A DNA stretch of 31,046 nucleotides, from assembly GCA_046260645.1 (NCBI GenBank), contig JBHEOU010000001.1, positions 1-31,046 of the forward strand. Direction: 5' to 3'. A program made the position numbers and the translations under genes. Within the stretch, counting starts at the first letter, position 1. Every line of letters starts with the position of its first letter. This stretch comes from Bacteroidales bacterium. GTDB lineage: Bacteria > Bacteroidota > Bacteroidia > Bacteroidales > VadinHA17. The notes beneath the pieces were generated by a model, which ran no database searches, was not told the DNA's origin, and worked only from the letters and a program-made list of their open reading frames with translations. Positions 17,522 to 26,729 of the stretch are shown here, one piece after another.

Positions 17522-19078
17522 ATGATTGAAAACGTTGATCTATCACTGGTAAACTGGTCCAGGGGGCAATTTGCCCTTACGGCCATTTACCACTGGCTGT
17601 TCGTGCCTCTTACCCTTGGTCTGTCATTTATCCTGGCGTTTATGGAGACAATCTATGTGCGCACCGGCGATGAGGCATGGAAGAAGATCACAAAGTTCTG
17701 GATGACACTCTTCGGGATCAACTTCGCCATCGGGGTAGCCACCGGAATAATACTGGAATTTGAGTTCGGCACAAACTGGTCTAATTACTCCTGGTTCGTA
17801 GGAGATATCTTCGGTGCACCGTTGGCCATCGAGGGCATCCTGGCCTTCTTCCTCAAGTCGACTTTCGTGGCGGTGATGTTCTTCGGATGGAACAAGGTGA
17901 GCAAAAAGGCTCACCTCACCTCAACCTGGCTGGTGGCTGTCGGAGCCAACCTGTCGGCCCTATGGATCCTTGTGGCCAACGCCTGGATGGAAAACCCCGT
18001 TGGCATGGTCTTCAATCCGGATACAGCCCGCAATGAGATGAGCAGTTTCAGGGACGTGGTACTCAATCCTGTTGCCATTGACAAATTCACTCACACTGTC
18101 ACCTCCGGTTTCGTTCTGGCTTCGGTGTTTGTCGTTGGCATCAGCTCCTGGTTCCTTATCAGGCGCAGGGAAGAGCTTCTTGCAAAAAGGAGTATCCTCA
18201 TTGCAGGCATCTTCGGTCTTGTGTCATCGCTGTTAGTGGCGTTCACCGGCGACACTTCGGCACGCACTATTGCTAAGGTACAGCCCGTGAAGTTTGCTGC
18301 CATGGAGGCGCTCTATGAAGGCAAAAACGATGCCGGCCTGACTGTCATCGGGGCTCTGACCGATAGCGGAGAGAGGATGGGGGAAAAGAGGGTCTATGAC
18401 GTAAAAATGAAGATAGAGATACCTAAACTGCTCTCCTTCATGACAACAGGGAAGGCTGACGGTTATGTGCCGGGTATCAGGGATCTCGTCAACGGGAACC
18501 CTGAACGCGGCATCCTCTCCGTCAATGAGATGATGGAGCGTGGAACATATGCGCGGCAGGTTCTCACCGACTATAAGATGGCTAAGGAGATCGGAGACAC
18601 GGAGACCATGACGGTTCTGGCAGCCAAATTCAGGGAGCGCGAATTTACCGAAAACTACTTCAGGTATTTCGGTTACAGCTTTTTTGAACATCCCTGGCAG
18701 GTTATACCTTCGGTGCCGGTCACCTTCTACAGTTTCCGGGTTATGGTGGGCCTGGGCTTTTTCTTTATCCTGCTCTTCATCCTGGCCATCTTCTTCCATA
18801 GAACGAAGAGCCTGGAGCGGAACCGATGGTTCCTCTGGATGGCTCTCTTCTCGATCCCGCTGGCATACCTTGCCAGCGAGCTGGGATGGATAGTGACGGA
18901 GATGGGACGCCAGCCATGGATCATACAGAACCTGATGCCTGTCCATGTTGCCGTGTCAAACATCAGTGCCGGCGCGGTGCAGGCCACTTTCTGGCTGTTC
19001 GCCATCCTCTTCACCGCGCTGCTCATAGCAGAGGTGTCCATTATGGTAAAACAGATTAAAATCGGTCCGAAACATTAG
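17522..19078 (+). CDS. cydA: Cytochrome bd ubiquinol oxidase subunit I
   Basis: QFALTAIYHWLFVPLTLG (heme His), GAPLAIEG, KFTHT, QPVKFAAMEA, FRVMVG, TEMGRQPW. FFLKSTF replaces the usual FFLESTF. Confidence 0.97.
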   Translation: MIENVDLSLVNWSRGQFALTAIYHWLFVPLTLGLSFILAFMETIYVRTGDEAWKKITKFWMTLFGINFAIGVATGIILEFEFGTNWSNYSWFVGDIFGAPLAIEGILAFFLKSTFVAVMFFGWNKVSKKAHLTSTWLVAVGANLSALWILVANAWMENPVGMVFNPDTARNEMSSFRDVVLNPVAIDKFTHTVTSGFVLASVFVVGISSWFLIRRREELLAKRSILIAGIFGLVSSLLVAFTGDTSARTIAKVQPVKFAAMEALYEGKNDAGLTVIGALTDSGERMGEKRVYDVKMKIEIPKLLSFMTTGKADGYVPGIRDLVNGNPERGILSVNEMMERGTYARQVLTDYKMAKEIGDTETMTVLAAKFREREFTENYFRYFGYSFFEHPWQVIPSVPVTFYSFRVMVGLGFFFILLFILAIFFHRTKSLERNRWFLWMALFSIPLAYLASELGWIVTEMGRQPWIIQNLMPVHVAVSNISAGAVQATFWLFAILFTALLIAEVSIMVKQIKIGPKH

Positions 19079-19090
19079 GAGGAGCAAACC

Positions 19091-20221
19091 ATGACAATGA
19101 TGATATCACACGCATTCCTGCAGAATTACTGGTGGCTGATAATATCACTTCTCGCCGGGCTCCTCGTCTTCCTGATGTTTGTTCAGGGGGGACAGTCATT
19201 CATCTTCTCGCTGCCGCGCAATGACATGCAGCGCAAGATGCTGGTCAATGCCCTGGGACGCAAATGGGAGTTCACCTTCACTACCCTTGTCACCTTCGGA
19301 GGGGCCTTCTTCGCCTCGTTTCCCCTCTTTTACGCCACCAGCTTCGGCGGAGCATACTGGGTCTGGATGGCTATTCTCTTCAGTTTCATCATCCAGGCTG
19401 TCTCCTACGAGTACCGTTCCAAACCTTCAAACGTGTACGGAACCAGCCTCTTTGACACCTTTCTCTTTATCAATGGCAGTCTCGGGCCATTTCTCATCGG
19501 CGTGGCTGTCGCTACCTTCTTTACGGGGTCAGACTTTACGCTTGACCTCTTCAACAGCGTTACATGGGGTTCAGGGTGGCACGGGCTTGAGGCACTGATC
19601 AACCCGGTCAACCTCCTGCTGGGGCTTGCCGTGCTGTTCCTTGCCAGGGTGCTGGGACTGATGTATCTTATAAATTCCATTGATGACGCTGGTCTGGCCG
19701 CTTCCGTGAAAAGGGCTCTTTTGAGGAATGCCATTCCGTTCCTGGTCTTTTTTCTGTCTTTTGTTGCCTTCATCCTTCTCGGAAAAGGCTACAGGGCTGA
19801 CGGTATGACGGGAGAGGTGACACTGGTGAAGTGTCATTATCTTCATAACCTTATTGGCAGCCCCATGACACTCATCATGTTTCTGGCAGGGGTGGTGCTG
19901 GTGCTAATATCCTTTTGGCTTGGCATTGTCAAAGGTTCCCGCAGTGCGATATGGTACGCCGGTTTCGGAACAGTCCCCGTGGTGATGGCACTCTTCTTTC
20001 TGGCCGGGTACGGTGAGACAGCCTTCTATCCGTCATCGGCGGACCTGCAGAGCTCCCTGACGCTGGCTAAAGCATCATCGAGCCACTTCACGCTCCGGAC
20101 GATGATGTATGTCTCGTTTATCATTCCTTTCGTTCTGGCTTACATCTGGTACGCCTGGAGGTCGATAAACAGAAAGAACATAACTGCCGAAGAGATGTCA
20201 GGCGAGGACCATATGTATTGA
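19091..20221 (+). CDS. cydB: Cytochrome bd ubiquinol oxidase subunit II
   Basis: LQNYWW.IISLL, LGRKWEFTFTTLVTFGGAFFASFPLFY, SLTL..ASSS.FTL..M; follows cydA. Alternative starts 19097/19100. Confidence 0.95.
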   Translation: MTMMISHAFLQNYWWLIISLLAGLLVFLMFVQGGQSFIFSLPRNDMQRKMLVNALGRKWEFTFTTLVTFGGAFFASFPLFYATSFGGAYWVWMAILFSFIIQAVSYEYRSKPSNVYGTSLFDTFLFINGSLGPFLIGVAVATFFTGSDFTLDLFNSVTWGSGWHGLEALINPVNLLLGLAVLFLARVLGLMYLINSIDDAGLAASVKRALLRNAIPFLVFFLSFVAFILLGKGYRADGMTGEVTLVKCHYLHNLIGSPMTLIMFLAGVVLVLISFWLGIVKGSRSAIWYAGFGTVPVVMALFFLAGYGETAFYPSSADLQSSLTLAKASSSHFTLRTMMYVSFIIPFVLAYIWYAWRSINRKNITAEEMSGEDHMY

Positions 20222-20306
20222 CCTGCTCTGAATAATGGCATGAGCCGGTGAGATGGTGATGGATATTGAGCAGACGGTACGGTGCCAGGACAGGGCTACG
20301 GAGCAG

Positions 20307-21023
20307 CTACGACGGGATGGGGGGTGTCTCCCTGCTTATCAGGAGGTTAAAGAGGAGTGATATCACAATGTAGGCTCCCATAATCATCGGCAGCGAGGCA
20401 AGCCTGAAGATAATGAACAGAAGGATAGCAGCCCCTGCAAAAAGCCAGCGCTCCTCGTTACCCTTCCATCCCAGGCTGGAGAACTTGAGCGAAAACATCC
20501 TGGTGTTTATCAGCATCATAATCGCAAGAAAAACCGCAAGCAGGCCTGTGAAGAGCGGAGAACCGGTTAATGTGTCAAAGATCCTGTGACCGGTATATTC
20601 CGAGGCTATGACGAACGACACAACGATGAAGGCGCTGCCCGGTGTGGCCAGACCCCTGAATGATGTCGACTGGGTGGTGTCATTATTGAATTTGGCAAGC
20701 CTCAGGGCAGAGGCCGCAGGTATAATGGCGGCAATGGCAAGGGCAGGGGCAAACTCCATCCCGGCCGAGGTGAGAAGGTTAATGACAATGGCGCCGGGAG
20801 CAATCCCGAAGGTAACCACATCGGCAAGACTGTCGAGGTCTTTTCCTATGTCTGAATAAGCTTTCAGCAAACGGGCCGCAAATCCGTCGGAAAAATCGAG
20901 AATCATGCCGGCCATGATGCAGAATGCCGCGTAATCATTATAACCTTTTATTGCATAGATGGTTGCAGCGAAACCTGATACCAGGTTGAGAAGTGTAAGC
21001 GTGTTTGGAATGTGTCTTATCAT
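20307..21023 (-). CDS. pssA: CDP-alcohol phosphatidyltransferase, probably phosphatidylserine synthase
   Basis: IPNTLTLLNL, signature DFSDGFAARLL......GKDLDSLAD, LRLAKFN, FRGL.TP. Confidence 0.85.
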   Translation of the reverse strand: MIRHIPNTLTLLNLVSGFAATIYAIKGYNDYAAFCIMAGMILDFSDGFAARLLKAYSDIGKDLDSLADVVTFGIAPGAIVINLLTSAGMEFAPALAIAAIIPAASALRLAKFNNDTTQSTSFRGLATPGSAFIVVSFVIASEYTGHRIFDTLTGSPLFTGLLAVFLAIMMLINTRMFSLKFSSLGWKGNEERWLFAGAAILLFIIFRLASLPMIMGAYIVISLLFNLLISRETPPIPS

Positions 21024-21078
21024 TACTCTTTATGACGGTGGTGCTAAATTACAATATTCCGTACAACTATTATTTGTT

Positions 21079-21086
21079 TATTTTTG
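21079..21086 (+). promoter_or_regulatory. -7 box upstream of the HAD phosphatase gene
   Basis: TATTTTTG(C), 9 nt before ATG 21096, which implies a very short leader. Confidence 0.55.
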
Positions 21087-21095
21087 CATCTGAAA

Positions 21096-21518
21096 ATGAG
21101 AGATCTCACCAATATTAAAATCGCGGTTGACTTTGACGGCACCATCGTTGAGCACCAGTACCCTGACATAGGCAAGGAGGTGCTCTTTGCCTTCATCACC
21201 ATGAAGGAGCTGCAGAAGAGGGGTGCCCTGCTCATCCTCTGGACATTCCGTACAGGCAGGGAACTGCAGGAGGCAGTGGATTATTGCAGGCAGAACGGCA
21301 TAGAGTTCTACGCGGTTAACAAGAACTATCCTGAGGAGCAGTGGACAGCTGACACGCCCCGCAAAGTAAACGTTGACATATTCATTGATGACAAGAACGT
21401 AGGAGGTTTTCCGGGCTGGGGTGAGGTGCTGAACATTATTGATCCGTGGTCCGAAAGAGAAGAGCAGGCAATGCGTGCAATAAAGACCAGGCGTTTCAGA
21501 CTGTTCGGAAAGAAATAA
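21096..21518 (+). CDS. BT0820-like small HAD-type phosphatase
   Basis: IAVDFDGTIVEHQYP.IGKE, LILWT.R.G..L.EAV.YC, FYAVNKNYPEE, DIFIDDKNVGG. Confidence 0.85.
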   Translation: MRDLTNIKIAVDFDGTIVEHQYPDIGKEVLFAFITMKELQKRGALLILWTFRTGRELQEAVDYCRQNGIEFYAVNKNYPEEQWTADTPRKVNVDIFIDDKNVGGFPGWGEVLNIIDPWSEREEQAMRAIKTRRFRLFGKK

Positions 21519-21528
21519 TCTACCATCG

Positions 21529-22653
21529 ATGAGGAGGCATACCATTCATATATTTATTTTCCTGCTTGTGCTGGTTGCAGTGATATCATGCTCAGGATCA
21601 GCGGGCACCGGGAAGGAGAAGGTAAAAGTCACCCCGGGTACAGGGGCTGAGGCTGACTCCAGGCCTGCAAAGAGGCTGATAGAGGTGCTTGCCCCTGCAG
21701 ACAACTCAATGATGATCTGCACTGACCGGATAGTGTTTTCCATTGCACCGGCAGCAGGCCAGACGAAAGTTGATTCAGTCCAGATATGGATCGGAGGCAC
21801 CCTTGCGCAGACGCTTCACACCCTGCCTGCCACGGCAGAGCTTGAGCCGCCAGGGATACCCGGGAGATTGTCACTGCGTGCCGTGGCTTACTCGGCAACC
21901 GCAAGAACCCAGACGGTGGCTCTTTTTGTTACACTGTTGTCAGACATAACCCCGGAGACCTACCGTTACCGCGTTGTGAAGAGTTATCCTCATGACAGGC
22001 GGGCTTATACCCAGGGATTAATATATGACAACGGGTTCTTCTATGAGGGTACCGGTCAGCCGGGAGAATCGTCACTCAGAAAGGTGGAGATCGAGTCAGG
22101 TAAGGTGCTTGCCCAGGTCAACCTCGACGGCTCACTCTTTGGCGAGGGGGTGGCGTTGCTCGGTGATCGCATATACCAGCTTACATGGACGACAAAGGTG
22201 GGGTTTGTCTATGAAAAGGAGACCATGAAGCAGATTAACAGGATCTATTATCAGACCCAGGGATGGGGCCTCACCACCATGGGCGATAAGCTTGTGATGA
22301 GTGACGGCACAAATGTAATCTGGTTCCTGGACCCCGATTTCAATGTCCTATCCTCGGTTGAGGTGTGGGACAATAAGGGGATGGTGGATAACCTGAATGA
22401 GCTTGAGATGATTGATGGGGAGCTCTGGGCGAACATCTGGCAGACAGACAGGATTGCACGCATAGATCCTCTGTCAGGCAAGGTACTCGGGTATGTCGAA
22501 CTGAATAACCTTCTGCCCCGGGAGGCGCGTTCGCAGGAGACCGATGTGCTTAACGGCATAGCATGGGATGCTGATAACAGGCGCCTCTTCGTAACTGGCA
22601 AGTACTGGCCGTCAGTCTTCGAAATCACCGTCTCGCCGGTCAGCCGCAACTGA
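21529..22653 (+). CDS. Glutaminyl-peptide cyclotransferase (type I, beta-propeller), lipoprotein with an extra N-terminal domain
   Basis: Lipobox LVAVISC; YPHD..AYTQGL, FGEG, YQLTW, GWGLT, SDGT, LNELE, NIWQ, VLNGIA. Confidence 0.9.
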   Translation: MRRHTIHIFIFLLVLVAVISCSGSAGTGKEKVKVTPGTGAEADSRPAKRLIEVLAPADNSMMICTDRIVFSIAPAAGQTKVDSVQIWIGGTLAQTLHTLPATAELEPPGIPGRLSLRAVAYSATARTQTVALFVTLLSDITPETYRYRVVKSYPHDRRAYTQGLIYDNGFFYEGTGQPGESSLRKVEIESGKVLAQVNLDGSLFGEGVALLGDRIYQLTWTTKVGFVYEKETMKQINRIYYQTQGWGLTTMGDKLVMSDGTNVIWFLDPDFNVLSSVEVWDNKGMVDNLNELEMIDGELWANIWQTDRIARIDPLSGKVLGYVELNNLLPREARSQETDVLNGIAWDADNRRLFVTGKYWPSVFEITVSPVSRN

Positions 22654-22754
22654 TCTGTTTTCCCGGCTCTGCGCTGTTGAAAACGTGTTAATAAACCCGG
22701 AAAAAATGTTTACAATAACATACACGGCCGGCTTTCCGGCGTATCCATTAATTG

Positions 22755-22762
22755 TAAATTTG
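22755..22762 (+). promoter_or_regulatory. -7 box upstream of parA
   Basis: TAAATTTG, 31 nt before ATG 22794. Confidence 0.55.
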
Positions 22763-22793
22763 AAGCTCATTAAATTAAGGTAAAAGGGATCAT

Positions 22794-23573
22794 ATGTCAA
22801 GGACAATAGCACTGGCCAATCAGAAGGGAGGAGTAGGGAAGACGACTACGGTAATTAATCTGGCCGCAAGCCTGGCCGCGCTTGAAAAGAGGGTATTGAT
22901 AGTTGATGCCGACCCGCAGTCGAACGCCACATCGGGGGTGGGCATTGACAGCAAGCAGGTGAAGGTCACCATTTATGACTGTCTCATTGACGGGGTCAAT
23001 CCGCGTGAGGCGGTTATGGCCTGCGGCATTGACAATCTCTCGGTCATCCCTTCCAATATTGATCTTGTGGGTGCTGAGATAGAGATGCTGGAGAGGCCTG
23101 AGAGGGAGAAGACACTTAAAAAGGTTCTGTCGGTCATCACTGCCGATTACGACTATATTCTTATTGACTGTTCGCCGTCGCTTGGCCTGCTCACTGTCAA
23201 TGCGCTCACCGCAGCCGACTCGGTGATAATTCCCGTTCAGTGTGAGTACTTCGCCCTTGAAGGGCTTGGCAAGCTGCTCAACACCATCAAGATCATTCAG
23301 ACCAACCTTAACCCTGACCTGGCGATAGAGGGCTTTCTCCTGACAATGTATGACTCGCGCCTCCGGCTGGCAAACCAGGTGGTTGATGAGGTCACGCGTC
23401 ACTTTCAGCAGATGGTCTTCAATACTATCATACAGCGCAATGTCAAGCTGTCAGAGGCTCCCAGTTACGGGCAGCCAGCCATACTCTACGATGCCGAATC
23501 AAGGGGTACGGTGAACTATCTCAACCTGGCCCGTGAGCTGCTCCAGAGGGTGGAGGCCAGGCAGAAGAATTAA
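22794..23573 (+). CDS. parA: ParA/Soj chromosome partitioning ATPase
   Basis: NQKGGVGKTTT deviant Walker A, VDADPQSNAT, IDCSPSLG, IPVQCEYFALEGL, IIQRNVKLSEAPSYG. Confidence 0.97.
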   Translation: MSRTIALANQKGGVGKTTTVINLAASLAALEKRVLIVDADPQSNATSGVGIDSKQVKVTIYDCLIDGVNPREAVMACGIDNLSVIPSNIDLVGAEIEMLERPEREKTLKKVLSVITADYDYILIDCSPSLGLLTVNALTAADSVIIPVQCEYFALEGLGKLLNTIKIIQTNLNPDLAIEGFLLTMYDSRLRLANQVVDEVTRHFQQMVFNTIIQRNVKLSEAPSYGQPAILYDAESRGTVNYLNLARELLQRVEARQKN

Positions 23574-23592
23574 TAATCCGCTTATCCGCGTT

Positions 23593-24480
23593 ATGAACAC
23601 AGCCAAAAAGAGCCCGTTGGGCAGAGGCCTCGGCGCCCTGATTGAAGGTGTTGAGAAAGAGGTGCTTGAGAAAAAGGTGGAGGCCAACCTCCAGATCGAT
23701 ATCAACTCCATTGACGGCAATCCCTTTCAGCCACGAACACGCTTTGACAGCCAGTCGCTTGAGGAGCTTGCAGCTTCCATAAGGCAGGTAGGGATAGTGG
23801 TACCTCTCACCGTCAGGGAGACAGGTGAAGGCCGTTACCAGCTCATCGCCGGTGAGCGCAGGCTGCGTGCCGCACGCATGGCCGGCCTGACACATGTCCC
23901 GGCATATATCCGCACCGCTGATGACACCGCGATGCTCGAGATGGCCCTCGTGGAGAACATTCAGAGGGAGGATCTTGATGCCATTGAAGTGGCAATCACC
24001 TACCAGCGCCTCATTGAAGAGTGCAGCCTGACACAGGAGCAGCTCAGTGACAGGGTGGGCAAGCAACGCTCCACGGTGGCTAACTACATGCGCCTCCTCA
24101 GGCTGCCCGCGGAGATACAACTGGGCATACGCAACAGGAACCTCTCAATGGGTCACGCCCGTACGCTGGTAAATATTGATGACCCCGCCAAACAGATCAA
24201 CGTCTTCTATCACATAATAGAGGAAGACCTCTCCGTCAGGGCTACAGAGGAGCTGGTGAGGCACCTCCAGACTGCATCGTCCAGGGACACGGTGAAGGAG
24301 GAAAAGAAAAAGAGACTTAACACCGAATTCGAGGAGCTGGCACGGCAGCTCAGCAGCCTCTTCCAGTCAGAGGTACAGTTTCGCATCAATGAAAAGGGCA
24401 GGGGCAAAATAGTCATCCCGTTCGGTGACAATGATGAGATGGAGCGCATAATCGGTTTGCTCGATAAACTTAACAGGTAA
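23593..24480 (+). CDS. parB: ParB/Spo0J partition protein
   Basis: LGRGLGALI, NPFQPR..F, IAGERRLRAA, ALVENIQREDL, HTH TQEQLSDRVGKQRSTVANYMRLL. Start moved to ATG 23593. Confidence 0.97.
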   Translation: MNTAKKSPLGRGLGALIEGVEKEVLEKKVEANLQIDINSIDGNPFQPRTRFDSQSLEELAASIRQVGIVVPLTVRETGEGRYQLIAGERRLRAARMAGLTHVPAYIRTADDTAMLEMALVENIQREDLDAIEVAITYQRLIEECSLTQEQLSDRVGKQRSTVANYMRLLRLPAEIQLGIRNRNLSMGHARTLVNIDDPAKQINVFYHIIEEDLSVRATEELVRHLQTASSRDTVKEEKKKRLNTEFEELARQLSSLFQSEVQFRINEKGRGKIVIPFGDNDEMERIIGLLDKLNR

Positions 24481-24485
24481 ATGGT

Positions 24486-24493
24486 TATATTTG
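24486..24493 (+). promoter_or_regulatory. -7 box just after parB, upstream of the DUF5683 gene
   Basis: TATATTTG(C), 25 nt before GTG 24519. Confidence 0.5.
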
Positions 24494-24518
24494 CCGGCAA
24501 ACACAAAAGGTTTGCCCT

Positions 24519-25148
24519 GTGGAGCTGTCCGGCAAAATAGCATTCATCCTTCTTTTTTCATCTGTCATGACCTGCGGCGCACAGGCCCAGGATACAGTCC
24601 GTGTCAGGAGAGAGAAGGTCAGGAAATATACCATTGAGCCTGTCAGATCTACCATGTTCGCGGCCGCCCTGCCAGGCCTGGGACAGATATACAACCGCAA
24701 ATACTGGAAGGTGCCATTTGTCTATGCCGGTTTCGGAGCACTGGGTTATGCCGTCACCTTTAACACGCAAAACTACAATACCTTCATCAATGCCTACCAG
24801 GACTTCACCGACATTATACCTGAGACAGACAGCTACCTCGATCTGCTGGTAAACCAGGACCCCGCAACCTATGATCCCGTACTTCACCCTGAGACCTTCA
24901 CCGCTTCAAACGAGGCGTGGGTGAAAACTTCGCTGCGTAACGGCGTCGATTATTATCGCAAGTATCGTGACCTCTCTTACATAGGCATAGCGGCATGGTA
25001 CCTGTTCACCATCATTGATGCCCACGTTGATGCAAGCCTGTCTGATTATGATATCAGCGATGACCTGAAAGTTTATTTGCTCCCTGTAAGTGCATCCTAT
25101 GCAAGATTATCACCCGGAATTACGTTCTCTATTACCAGGACATTCTAA
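24519..25148 (+). CDS. DUF5683-like exported/membrane protein
   Basis: Signal peptide (AQA|QD); AALPGLGQIYNRKYWKVP.VY, YRKYRDLS, YLFTIIDAHVDA.L.DYDISDDL; usual parB-mltD neighbour. Confidence 0.8.
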   Translation: MELSGKIAFILLFSSVMTCGAQAQDTVRVRREKVRKYTIEPVRSTMFAAALPGLGQIYNRKYWKVPFVYAGFGALGYAVTFNTQNYNTFINAYQDFTDIIPETDSYLDLLVNQDPATYDPVLHPETFTASNEAWVKTSLRNGVDYYRKYRDLSYIGIAAWYLFTIIDAHVDASLSDYDISDDLKVYLLPVSASYARLSPGITFSITRTF

Positions 25149-25159
25149 AAAAAACCAAA

Positions 25160-26716
25160 ATGACGCTGAAAACAATAACTATTTCCCTCTTCCTTGTAAT
25201 TTTTTCTCTTACCGCCACTGCTGTAAATGACACAATTATTATAAGAAATGATGATTCCACCGAACGAATCGAACGCGATCTCGACGGCCTGCTTAATGAC
25301 TGGTTCATCCAGATGTCTGTCGCCGGTACGGAGATCACCGCGGCTGACTCAGTCATTGCAGAGTTCAGCGACTCTGTTTACACGGACCGTCTCGGGAGGA
25401 TCAATTCCGTCATCCTCCTTCCATATAACAATATTATCCGGAGCCATATCCATGTATATACCAACCGGAAGGTTGACAGGTTCCAGGTAATGCTGGGGCT
25501 TCAGGACTACTATTTTCCCATGATAGAGGATATATTTGATTATTACGGGCTGCCGGTGGAGTTGAAATATATGGCGGTTATTGAATCTGCGCTCAACCCC
25601 AATGCAGTCAGCCGGGCAGGAGCCACGGGACTATGGCAGTTCATGTACAGCACGGGACGCATGTACGGGCTCACCATCAACTCGGTTGTGGATGAACGCC
25701 GTGACCCCGTGAAGGCCACTCACGCCGCAGCCAGGTACCTGAAAGATCTTCATGGCATTTACAACGACTGGATACTGGTCATTGCTGCTTATAACTGCGG
25801 GCCGGGCAATGTCAACAAGGCGATCCGGCGTTCTGGCAATCGCAAGGATTACTGGGAGATTTACTACCGCCTGCCGCGTGAGACACGCGGTTATATTCCT
25901 CAGTTCGTGGCTGCCACATATGCCATGAACTATTACCGCGAGCACAATATCACTCCGGTTCAGATCAACCTGCCGCTGGCGGTTGACACCGTGATGGTCT
26001 CCCAGGACATTCATCTTGAGCAGATTGCTGCAGTACTTGATCTGCCGCTCGAGGAGATCAGGGCCATGAACCCACAGTACCGGACAGGGCTCGTTCCCGG
26101 GCGGAGCAAAACCAGCGCCATCACTCTGCCGGTAGACAAACTGGGTGATTTCATCGCAATGGCTGACACCATCACCGGTTACAAGAAAGAGCAGTATCTT
26201 ACCAGGGTAAACCAGACTTCGGCTCCAACACAGTCGGCCTACGCACCACCCACGGCAACGGGGAAGACCGCTCTGACCTATGTGGTGAAAAACGGTGATA
26301 ACCTGGGCTTCATCTCCGAGTGGTATGACGTGGGGCTTTCGGACCTGAGATACTGGAATAATATCTACCGCAACACGATAAAGATAGGCCAGAAGCTTAC
26401 CATTTACGTTGACCCGGCCAGGGCTGAAAGGTACAGCAAGGTCAATTCAATGAGTTTTATCGAAAAGCAGAGGCTTGAAGGGAAGGTCACCGCGGCTGGA
26501 TCCGGAGCCTCGCCGTCAACAAGCGCCACTGCATCCGTCACCGCGTTATCTGAAGGTGATTATGAGCTTTATACCGTCAGATACGGAGACACGGTATGGG
26601 ACATTGCACAAAAGTTTAGCGGTGTATCCGCCACTGACATACTAAGAATAAACAATATCTCCGATGCTTCCAGGATACAGGTGGGACAAAAGCTGAGGAT
26701 CAGAAAAAAAGGCTGA
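25160..26716 (+). CDS. mltD: Membrane-bound lytic murein transglycosylase D-like (SLT domain plus two LysM)
   Basis: Catalytic AVIESALNP.A.SRAGATGLWQFM, AAYNCGPGNV, LPRETRGY; LysM YVVKNGDNL and YTVRYGDTVWDIA. Confidence 0.92.
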   Translation: MTLKTITISLFLVIFSLTATAVNDTIIIRNDDSTERIERDLDGLLNDWFIQMSVAGTEITAADSVIAEFSDSVYTDRLGRINSVILLPYNNIIRSHIHVYTNRKVDRFQVMLGLQDYYFPMIEDIFDYYGLPVELKYMAVIESALNPNAVSRAGATGLWQFMYSTGRMYGLTINSVVDERRDPVKATHAAARYLKDLHGIYNDWILVIAAYNCGPGNVNKAIRRSGNRKDYWEIYYRLPRETRGYIPQFVAATYAMNYYREHNITPVQINLPLAVDTVMVSQDIHLEQIAAVLDLPLEEIRAMNPQYRTGLVPGRSKTSAITLPVDKLGDFIAMADTITGYKKEQYLTRVNQTSAPTQSAYAPPTATGKTALTYVVKNGDNLGFISEWYDVGLSDLRYWNNIYRNTIKIGQKLTIYVDPARAERYSKVNSMSFIEKQRLEGKVTAAGSGASPSTSATASVTALSEGDYELYTVRYGDTVWDIAQKFSGVSATDILRINNISDASRIQVGQKLRIRKKG

Positions 26717-26729
26717 TTAAAAATCGAAT

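Noticed and set aside
20222-20306. Small cydX/cydS-like ORF after cydB
   Set aside because: ATG-started frames are 2-3 codons long, or hydrophilic and running into pssA; no single-TM peptide.
22654-24520. parS site near parAB
   Set aside because: No TGTTNCACGTGAAACA-like palindrome found by eye.
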